A stretch of DNA of 64,000 nt, taken from assembly GCA_021807105.1 (NCBI GenBank), contig JAKAPL010000011.1:3876-67875 (forward strand), in the 5' to 3' direction. Under the pieces are notes generated by a model that saw only the letters and a list, made by a program, of their open reading frames with translations, searched no databases and was not told the origin of the DNA. The position numbers were made by a program, and so were the translations under genes. Shown piece after piece: positions 46,829 through 54,462 of this stretch. Source of the stretch: Myxococcales bacterium (GTDB taxonomy: Bacteria > Myxococcota > Myxococcia > Myxococcales > JAKAPL01). The first letter of the stretch is position 1; every line of letters starts with the position of its first letter.

Positions 46829-47101
46829 CCGGCACGCTCCATCGCTAATCTTCCGGGAATCGTCGCGGGGCGCGAGACCCTCATCGATGAGGAGACCAGA
46901 TTCAGGGAGGGCGGTGGGATGGGAGGTCACGGCACGGCCGGCGTCCCCGCCGCGTTGGGTTGCGGGCGCCGGCCCGCGTTGGTCACTGCCTCCGAGAATC
47001 GTCACGGGCGCGAAGACTTCTTGGCGAGGATACCAGCCGTCGCCGATGTTCTGCCTCCGGCGCGCGGTCCCGTCAACGGCGTGTTACGATCCGCGTCCAC
47101 G

Positions 47102-48313
47102 ATGCCGGACCTTACGCTTGCTCTCGTCGTCCTGCTGGGGGCGCTCGCCGCGTGCCGCAAGCCCGCTGCCCTCTCCCCACGTCCGACGCCCACCACCTCG
47201 CCGCGCGTCCGGATCGTCGTGTCCGAGCCCGCGGCCCCCGCGCGCGAGGTTGAGCCCGGCCGCCCCGCCTGTCCACCCGATGGAGACCCGCTCGACCGTG
47301 CCGAGCGGGCCCTCGACGGCAGGGATGGCTCGCTGGCCCTCGCCTGCGCCGAGGAGGCGCTCGTCCTCGACCCCAGCAGCGCGGCCGCGGAGCACGACCG
47401 GGCGCTCGCACTCGCCTCCCTCGGCCGTGTGCCGGAAGCGAAGCTCGCCTACGTCCACGCGCTCGCCCTCGACCCCGACGATCCGGACATCCTGCTCGGC
47501 GCCGCCGACCTCTACCTCCAACAGGCCGGCGGGCGCGAGGAGGACGAGATTGCCCTCGCCTACGTCCGGCGCGGCGAGCGGCGGGCGCGAAGGCGCCGCC
47601 CCGAGCTGCTCGAGCAGCTCGAGCTGTTGGAGGGGATGGCGGAGAACGATCTCGGGCAGTCGATCGACGGCCTGCCCGCGATCGAGGAGGCCCTCGCCCG
47701 CGATCCGGAGGACCTCGACGCGCGCTATGAGCACGCGGTCGCGCTCTTCGAGCTCTGCCGCTTCGCCGAGGCACGGACGGATCTCGCCCGCGTGCTCGCG
47801 GCGTTGCCGGACGACGCCTGGGCCCACCACGAGATGGGGCTCACCCTGGAGAGGCTCGGCGACACGCGCGGCGCGAGGGCCGAGCTCGCGCGCGCGACGG
47901 AGCTGTCCCCGAAGGATTTCCCCGCGCCCCTCGACGTCTCGCCGGCCGAGTTCGCGCGGATGGTCCACGAGGCCCTGGCCGCGCTGCCGGCCGGCGAGAA
48001 GCGCGACCTCGCAGGCGTTCCCGTCGGGGCCGAGGACCTGCCCGACCTCGACGACCTCACTGCCGACGATCCACCGCTCTCCCCGACCATCCTGGGGCTC
48101 TTCCGCGGGGGGCCGGTGGGAGCCCCGGACGCCGGGGACCCCGCGGGCTGCCCGAAGACGGACCGTGCCATCGTCCTCTACCGCAAGAACCTCCTTCGGA
48201 CCGTTCGCAGCCGGGCCGAGCTGCGCGACCAGGTCAGACTAACGCTCCTCCACGAGCTGGGGCACCTCCGAGGCGCGGACGACGATGAGCTGAGGTTGGA
48301 AGGGCTGGAGTAG
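47102..48313 (+). CDS. Lipoprotein with TPR repeats and a C-terminal minimal zincin (HExxH) domain
   Basis: MPDLTLALVVLLGALAAC lipobox, then TPR-like repeats (...EHDRALALASLGRVPEAKLAYVHALALDPDD...). The C-terminus ...ILGLFRG...IVLYRKNLLR...RLTLLHELGHLRG resembles the small 'Zincin_1/DUF1025' metallopeptidase-like family. Confidence 0.7.
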   Translation: MPDLTLALVVLLGALAACRKPAALSPRPTPTTSPRVRIVVSEPAAPAREVEPGRPACPPDGDPLDRAERALDGRDGSLALACAEEALVLDPSSAAAEHDRALALASLGRVPEAKLAYVHALALDPDDPDILLGAADLYLQQAGGREEDEIALAYVRRGERRARRRRPELLEQLELLEGMAENDLGQSIDGLPAIEEALARDPEDLDARYEHAVALFELCRFAEARTDLARVLAALPDDAWAHHEMGLTLERLGDTRGARAELARATELSPKDFPAPLDVSPAEFARMVHEALAALPAGEKRDLAGVPVGAEDLPDLDDLTADDPPLSPTILGLFRGGPVGAPDAGDPAGCPKTDRAIVLYRKNLLRTVRSRAELRDQVRLTLLHELGHLRGADDDELRLEGLE

Positions 48314-48365
48314 GCCCTGGGAGAATCCGGCTCGTGACCGTTCACGGGTAAAACGGCATTGGTTC

Positions 48366-50600
48366 ATGAGGAAACGAGGAGTGCTTGTGCCGGCACGCCC
48401 GTGTCCGGTATGGGATGGCGCCGTGGACGTCCCTCTCGATCCAGCCGGGAAGCGGCGGCTCGTGCTCATCGCCGGCCTCTTCCTCCTTGGGGCGGCGGCC
48501 GCTTCGTGGGCGCCGTTTTCGGACACGGTCCATGGGCTCACCGCACGTTACTGGGACAACATCCACTTCGCCGGGACGCCGTCGCGCGTCACCCGCGAGC
48601 GCGAACCGTTCGTCCGGTCGGGCCACCCGGCGCCCTTCTCGGCCGAGTGGTCGGGGACGTTCTACGTCGTCAACCCCGGCCTCTACCGCTTCCGCATCGA
48701 GAGCGACGACGACGGGGAGGTGGACGTCGATGGCCGGACGGTCGTCGCCGATCCCGGCGAGCACTGGGCCCGCGGCCGGGAGGGGCGCGTCGCGCTCGGG
48801 GCCGGGGCCCACGCCTTCCGCGTCCGGTACGTCCAGCGGGGCGGCGGGGCCTACCTGCGCGTCGTCTACCACGACGACAGCGGGCCCCAGGGGGCGGGCG
48901 TCGTGCCGCTGCCCTGGGAGCAACTCTTCCCCGAGGGCTTCGTCGCGACGTCGGCCTCCGTCGAGGCCGCGAGGAGGCTCTATGACCGGGCGCGGCTGCT
49001 CGCCGGGATCGCCCTCCTCTGCTTCGTCCTCGCCCTGCTCCTCGCCTGGATCCACTGGCGCCGCCGGCGCGGCCTTGGACCGGCCGCTCCCGGCGACCTG
49101 CTCGTCGCCTTCGGAATCTTCGCCGTGGGCTGGGCGGCGCGGGGCATCGGACTGACCGCCCAGGGGCGGACCTGGGACGAGCGCGACTACTTCGCGGCGG
49201 GCGAGCACTACGTGCGCAACGTCCTGCTCGGCGACTTCGCGCACCAGGCGTTCCATTACAACCTGGAGCACCCGCCGATCGCGAAGTGGATCTACGCGAT
49301 CTTCACCGCGCTCCTCGCCGTGAACGACGACGACCACGCGCCGGGCAAGCTCGCCGCCTCGCTCATGGGCGCGGCCGTCTGCGTCCTCGTCTACCTCATC
49401 GTCCGCGAGCTGTACGACGAGAAGCGCGGCGTGCTCGCCGGGATCCTCTGCGCCTTCGTCCCGCACCTCGTGGCCCACGGAAAGGTGCTGGGGCTCGAGG
49501 CGCCGATGACGCTGTTCTACGTCGCGGCGATCTACGGGATCGTGCGCTGGGTCGGGGACCAGAGCCGTGTGGAGCCTCTCGTCTGGGCGGGTCTCTGCAC
49601 CGGGCTCGCGATCTTCTCCCGCATGACCGCGGTCTGGGTGATCCCGACCCTGCTCGTTCCGTTCGTCGGGATCCTCGTCCGGGGGCCTCCCGGCAGCAGA
49701 GGAGAGAAGGCTCGGGCGCTCCTCCCGTACCTCGCGGGCCTCATCGTCTCCGTCGTCGCCGTCTACGCCGTCTGGCCCTGGGTCTGGGGGAGCTTCATGG
49801 CCCAGATCCGGCAGACCGGCGCCCACTGGACCTACCGCGTGACCGAGTGGTACCTGGGGCGCGTCCAGCCGCCGCCGGCCTCGTACTACACGGTGGCTTT
49901 TCTGATCTCCTCGCCGGCGGGCTACCTCGCGGCGACCGCGGCCTGGGCGGTCTTCGCCGCGCGCCGCCGGAGGCTGCCGGACGCGATCCTCGCGGGGTTC
50001 CTCCTCTTCCCCTTCCTCCAGACGATCTCCGACTTCCGGCAGGACCAGGTCCGCTACGTGATCCAGGCCTTCGTCGCGCTCTCCGCGACCGCGGCGGTAG
50101 GCTGCTTCGACCTCTCCGACTGGCTCGCGGCCCGCTTCCCGAAGCTAGGGAGGCCGCGCCTCGCGGTGGTCCTGCCCGCGCTGCTCGCCCTCTACGCGGT
50201 CGCGACGTGGGCGTGGATCTACCCGTACTACCTCGACTACTACAACGAGATCCTGGGCGGACCGGCGGGCGTAGAACGGCGACGAACAATGGAGCTCTCC
50301 TGGTGGGGCGAGGGGATCGTCCCGCTCGTCGAATGGATGAACGCGACGCTCCCGCCGGGCGCGAGGATCTACCCCGAGCTGTACCCGGGCTTCGATGTCC
50401 CCCGCTTCCGCGGCGATCTGCGCGCGGTCTGGAGTCCGGCGCAGGCCGATTACATCGTGGCGAACGACTTCGGCTTCGCGCACGAGGCCGGCCCGGGACC
50501 GGGCTGGGAAGTCGTTCACGCCGAGCGGGCGGGGAACCAGGACATCGGTTGGGTCTGGAAGAGGGTGGGGCTGCCGGCGCAGGCGGCGCGGGAGCCGTAG
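48366..50600 (+). CDS. PA14-domain / family-39-like (PMT/ArnT-type, GT-C) membrane glycosyltransferase fusion
   Basis: One TM helix, then a PA14-like beta-sandwich (GLTARYWDN...FSAEWSGTFYV...GLYRFRIESDDDGEVDVDG...YLRVVY). A polytopic domain follows with an ArnT/PMT-like first loop (WDERDYFAAGEHY...EHPPIAKWIYA). Confidence 0.7.
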   Translation: MRKRGVLVPARPCPVWDGAVDVPLDPAGKRRLVLIAGLFLLGAAAASWAPFSDTVHGLTARYWDNIHFAGTPSRVTREREPFVRSGHPAPFSAEWSGTFYVVNPGLYRFRIESDDDGEVDVDGRTVVADPGEHWARGREGRVALGAGAHAFRVRYVQRGGGAYLRVVYHDDSGPQGAGVVPLPWEQLFPEGFVATSASVEAARRLYDRARLLAGIALLCFVLALLLAWIHWRRRRGLGPAAPGDLLVAFGIFAVGWAARGIGLTAQGRTWDERDYFAAGEHYVRNVLLGDFAHQAFHYNLEHPPIAKWIYAIFTALLAVNDDDHAPGKLAASLMGAAVCVLVYLIVRELYDEKRGVLAGILCAFVPHLVAHGKVLGLEAPMTLFYVAAIYGIVRWVGDQSRVEPLVWAGLCTGLAIFSRMTAVWVIPTLLVPFVGILVRGPPGSRGEKARALLPYLAGLIVSVVAVYAVWPWVWGSFMAQIRQTGAHWTYRVTEWYLGRVQPPPASYYTVAFLISSPAGYLAATAAWAVFAARRRRLPDAILAGFLLFPFLQTISDFRQDQVRYVIQAFVALSATAAVGCFDLSDWLAARFPKLGRPRLAVVLPALLALYAVATWAWIYPYYLDYYNEILGGPAGVERRRTMELSWWGEGIVPLVEWMNATLPPGARIYPELYPGFDVPRFRGDLRAVWSPAQADYIVANDFGFAHEAGPGPGWEVVHAERAGNQDIGWVWKRVGLPAQAAREP

Positions 50601-50681
50601 CGGACGTTCGGCAGGCGGGCCGCGCCCGCCCGGGGCGAGGCGGACCGACCGGCGCCGATCGAGCCGCGGGTGGCCAGCAGA

Positions 50682-52457
50682 TCAGCGGATCGGATAGCCG
50701 GCCGTGGGCTCCATCGCCGTGACGATCGTCTCACGGTCCGCGACCGGGTCCGTGATCACGAACTCGTCCCGCTTGGCGAGCGCCGCGGCCGCCTGCCGCT
50801 GGTCGTCGCCTTTCAGCGTGCAGGCGAGGGCGTAGCGCGCCCGCGAGAACGCGCGCTCGCGCGCCTCGGCGGTGAAGAGGCGGACGATGGCGTGGCGGAC
50901 GGGGTTCGCTGCGTCGTGGGCGAGCGTCCGGGCGACGGACGATTCGATCGCGTAGGCCTCCATGACCACGTCGGCGATCGCCGCGAGGACCTCCTGGTGG
51001 TGCTCGAGCTCCATCCCGAAGGTCGTGACCGCCGCCTGGATGACCTGCAGCGCCATCCGCTTGATCAACTCGGCGGCCCGCCACTCGTCGGCGAGCGGCC
51101 CCGCGGGGGCCTCGGGGAGCGGCGCGTCCAGATCGGAGACCGCTTCCATCAGCGGGAGCTGGCCCTTGACGGCCTTCTTGAGCAGCATCCCGGTAATGAG
51201 CATCCGGTTGATCTCGTTGGTGCCCTCGAAGATCCGGTTGACCCGCTGGTCTCGGTATCCGCGCTCGATCGGGTACTCTTCGATGAAGCCGTAGCCGCCG
51301 TGGATCTGGAGCGCCTCGTCGATGACGACGCCGAGCGTCTCGGAGCCGTAGACCTTCAGGATCGACGACTCGATCGAGTACTCCTCGAGCACGCGGATGA
51401 CCTGCTCGTGGGCCGCCGCGCTCTCGCCGCCCAGGGAGGCGATCCGATCGTCGATGAGCCCGCAGGTGCGGTAGGCCATCGACTCGACGGCGTAGGTGCG
51501 CGCGACCGCGCGGGCGAGCTTCTCGCGGATGAGGCCGAACTCGAGGATCGCCTTTCCGAACTGCTTGCGGTCGCGGGCGTAAACCCAGGCCAGGTTGATC
51601 GCGTTCTTCGCGCCGCCGGCCGAGCCGACGCCGAGCTTGAGTCGGCCCATGTTGAGGATGTTGAAGGCGATCCGGTGCCCCTTGCCGATTTCGCCCAGGA
51701 CGTTCTCGACCGGCACCCGGCACTCCTCGAAGGAGAGCTGGCAGGTCGACGAGCCGCGCAGGCCGAGCTTGTGCTCCTCCTTACCGACGACGAGACCGGG
51801 CATGCCCTTCTCGAGGATGAAGCCCGTGAACTTCTCGCCGTCCACCTTGGCGAAGACGATGAAGACATCGGCGAAGCCAGCGTTCGTGATGAACTGCTTG
51901 TTGCCGTCGAGGATGTAGGACTTGCCGTCGGGCGAGAGGACCGCCTTGGTCTTCGCGCCCAGCGCGTCCGAGCCCGAGCCCGACTCGGTCAGCGCATAGC
52001 AGGCCATCAGCTCGCCGGTCGCGAGCTTGGGCAGGTACTTGGCCTTCTGGGCCTCGTTGCCGAAGAAGACGATCGGCAGCGTGCCGATGCCGGTGTGCGC
52101 ACCGATCGAGACGGACCAGGTCCCGTAGAGAGTCATCGCCTCGGCGACGAGCATGGAGGTCGTCCGGTCCAGATCGAGTCCGCCGTAGGCCTCCGGGATC
52201 TCGATCGAGAGCAACCCCGCCTCGCCGGCCTTGCGCAGGAGCGAGACGAGCAACGGGTAGTCCTTCTTCTCCAGCCGGTCTATGTGCGGCAGCACCTCGC
52301 GGACCATGAACTGCTGCGCGGTCTGGTAGTACATCCGCTGATCGTCGGTGAAGCTCTCCGGCGCGTGGACGCGGGTGGCGCCGAGCGGTGCGACCAGGAA
52401 GGCTCCTCCGGCGGGGATGGAATCGGCGGCGGGGGCATTCTCCTTGTTGACGGCCAT
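50682..52457 (-). CDS. Long-form acyl-CoA dehydrogenase
   Basis: ATG 52457 after AGGAGAAG. ...YALTESGSGSDA... and ...GGYGFIEEYPIERGYRDQRVNRIFEGTNEI..., plus an extra C-terminal helical domain. 591 aa. Confidence 0.85.
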   Translation of the reverse strand: MAVNKENAPAADSIPAGGAFLVAPLGATRVHAPESFTDDQRMYYQTAQQFMVREVLPHIDRLEKKDYPLLVSLLRKAGEAGLLSIEIPEAYGGLDLDRTTSMLVAEAMTLYGTWSVSIGAHTGIGTLPIVFFGNEAQKAKYLPKLATGELMACYALTESGSGSDALGAKTKAVLSPDGKSYILDGNKQFITNAGFADVFIVFAKVDGEKFTGFILEKGMPGLVVGKEEHKLGLRGSSTCQLSFEECRVPVENVLGEIGKGHRIAFNILNMGRLKLGVGSAGGAKNAINLAWVYARDRKQFGKAILEFGLIREKLARAVARTYAVESMAYRTCGLIDDRIASLGGESAAAHEQVIRVLEEYSIESSILKVYGSETLGVVIDEALQIHGGYGFIEEYPIERGYRDQRVNRIFEGTNEINRMLITGMLLKKAVKGQLPLMEAVSDLDAPLPEAPAGPLADEWRAAELIKRMALQVIQAAVTTFGMELEHHQEVLAAIADVVMEAYAIESSVARTLAHDAANPVRHAIVRLFTAEARERAFSRARYALACTLKGDDQRQAAAALAKRDEFVITDPVADRETIVTAMEPTAGYPIR

Positions 52458-52764
52458 GTCGTCTTCTCCTGGACCTCGTGTTCGCCCCCAAACGTTCGAG
52501 AACCTATGACGGAGCGCGTCAAGAATCAAGCGCCCCGCGTCTGCTCCGCCCGCGCCCGCCGCGGCCGTGGCACGGCGAATGCTTTCCCAGGATCTCCGGG
52601 CGCGAGGCCGCGAGGTTCACGTGAAGCGGATGCACTGGAGCAGGCTCGCCACGCAAATGACCGCGGGGAAGAAGCCTCGCGGCGTCTCCCGATCGGCCGA
52701 GCCGGCGGCGAAAGATAGGCCCCTCCGGCAGGGGGGGGATCTCCGGCTCTTCGCGGTCGCATTC

Positions 52765-53016
52765 AACCCGTCTTATTCACGGTCCGGCTGCTGCGGCGTC
52801 CGATCCCGCGCCTCCCGAAGGGGGGGCTTGCCACCCCTACAACGACATGGGGGGGGTGTGCTCGCTCCGTACCTCCTCGCGGGGGGCTTGCCACCCTCCA
52901 AACGACTTGGGGGGGGAGGTGCTTTACGCGACGCCTCGTCGGTCCTCGCTCTCGCTTGCCCTTCTCGGCTGCGGTCTCGAACGCCTCGCTACGCCGTACC
53001 GTGAATAAGACGGGTT
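52765..53016. mobile_element. MITE-like palindromic element: two inverted arms of the CCCGTCTTATTCACGG repeat family flanking two G-tract-rich ~62-bp subrepeats
   Basis: Termini are AACCCGTCTTATTCACGGT (52765-) and ACCGTGAATAAGACGGGTT (-53016). The left arm 52767-52822 is near-identical to 6745-6799. The right arm 52959-53014 equals 20981-21036. Internal direct repeats lie at ~52819-52863 and ~52881-52925. No ORF with transposase features. Confidence 0.7.
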
Positions 53017-53031
53017 CAAGGAGACGACATC

Positions 53032-54393
53032 GTGAGTGAGCCCAAGGCGTCACTCCTCGTCGTGGACGACGAGCCGAGCATCCGGGAGTCGATCCAGCAA
53101 GCGCTGGAACAAAGCGGCTACGCGGTCGCCACGGCGGGCGACGCCGATTCGGCGGCGGCGTGGCTCGCGCGGAGCGCGGTGGACCTCGTCCTCTGCGACG
53201 TGCGGCTGCCGGGGATGAGCGGCCTCGACTTGCTGCCGCGGATTCGCGACCGCCACCCCGACGCCCGGGTGGTCGTGATCACCGGACACGCTTCGATCCG
53301 ATCGGCGGTCGAGGCGATTCGTCAGGGCGCCTCGGACTACCTGCCGAAGCCGTTCAACGCCGACCAGGTCCGCCACCGGGTCGCCCGGGTCCTGGAAGAG
53401 AAGCGGCTGGGGGCGGAGAACCTGAGCCTGCGCGCCCGGCTCACGCGGGCCACGGCGGGGGAGCGGGCGTTCATCGCGGAGAGTGCGGCCATGCAGGAGC
53501 TGTTCGCGACCGCGCGCGCGGTGGCCGCCGCCGACACCAGCGTTCTCCTCGCCGGGCCGAGCGGCGCCGGCAAGGAAGTCGTGGCCCGCTTCATTCACGA
53601 GCAGAGCAGCCGCGCACAGGCGCCCCTCGTCACGTTCAACTGCGCGGCCATCCCCCCGACGCTCATCGACTCGGAGCTGTTCGGCCGCGAGACGGGCGGC
53701 TTCACGGGCGCCGCCCCCGGGCGGCGCGGCTGCTTCGAGCTCGCGAACGGGGGGACGCTCCTGCTCGACGAGATCGCCGGGATGCCGATGGAGACGCAGG
53801 CAAAGCTCCTCCGGGCCCTCGAGGATCGAAAGATCCGGCGGGTGGACGGCGGGGAGGACGTCTCCCTCAACGTCCGGATCCTCGCGGCGACGAGTCAGTG
53901 CCTCGAGGACCAGGTGCGGGCCGGGAGATTCCGCGAAGACGTTTACTGGCGGCTCAACGTGGTCCAGCTCCGCGTGCCGGCCCTCCGCGACCGGCGCGCG
54001 GACATCCTCCCCCTCGCCCGCTACTTTCTGGAGGGCTTCTGCCGCGACCAGAAGAAGTCGGTCCCCGGCTTCTCGGTCGAGGCCAGCGAGGCGCTCCGGC
54101 AGTACGACTGGCCGGGCAACGTACGCGAGCTGCGCAACGCGGTGGAGCGGGCGGTGATCTTCGCCGAACCGGGCACGCCGCTGCGGCTCGATCACCTCCC
54201 GCGAGAGATGCAAACCGTCCTGCCCGGGCCCCCGGGCTCACGGACCTACCGATCGCTGCGCGACATGGAGCTGGACTACATCAAGGAGGTGTTGGCCTCG
54301 TGCGGAGGCAACCGGGTCCGCGCTGCCGAGATCCTCGGCCTCTCGGCCGTGACTCTCTGGCGCCGCCTGGGACCGGAATCCGCCTCGCGCTGA
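53032..54393 (+). CDS. Sigma-54-dependent response regulator (NtrC family bacterial enhancer-binding protein)
   Basis: Receiver domain (LLVVDDE..., LVLCDVRLPGMSG, YLPKPF). AAA+ domain with GPSGAGKE, GGFTGA (a GAFTGA variant) and LLLDEI. C-terminal Fis-type HTH (GGNRVRAAEILGLSAVTLWRRL). GTG start after AAGGAG. Confidence 0.9.
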   Translation: MSEPKASLLVVDDEPSIRESIQQALEQSGYAVATAGDADSAAAWLARSAVDLVLCDVRLPGMSGLDLLPRIRDRHPDARVVVITGHASIRSAVEAIRQGASDYLPKPFNADQVRHRVARVLEEKRLGAENLSLRARLTRATAGERAFIAESAAMQELFATARAVAAADTSVLLAGPSGAGKEVVARFIHEQSSRAQAPLVTFNCAAIPPTLIDSELFGRETGGFTGAAPGRRGCFELANGGTLLLDEIAGMPMETQAKLLRALEDRKIRRVDGGEDVSLNVRILAATSQCLEDQVRAGRFREDVYWRLNVVQLRVPALRDRRADILPLARYFLEGFCRDQKKSVPGFSVEASEALRQYDWPGNVRELRNAVERAVIFAEPGTPLRLDHLPREMQTVLPGPPGSRTYRSLRDMELDYIKEVLASCGGNRVRAAEILGLSAVTLWRRLGPESASR

Positions 54394-54462
54394 TGGACGC
54401 CCTCCAGATTTCCCGGCGTTTCTCGAGGTCACGCCGCCGGCCGGTGCGCGAGCCCGTCACGG

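Noticed and set aside
52765-53016. Integron attC site
   Set aside because: The left end ATTCAAC fits RYYYAAC, but the right end GTTCAAG violates GTTRRRY. No intI or cassette structure is present, and single arms occur alone at other loci.
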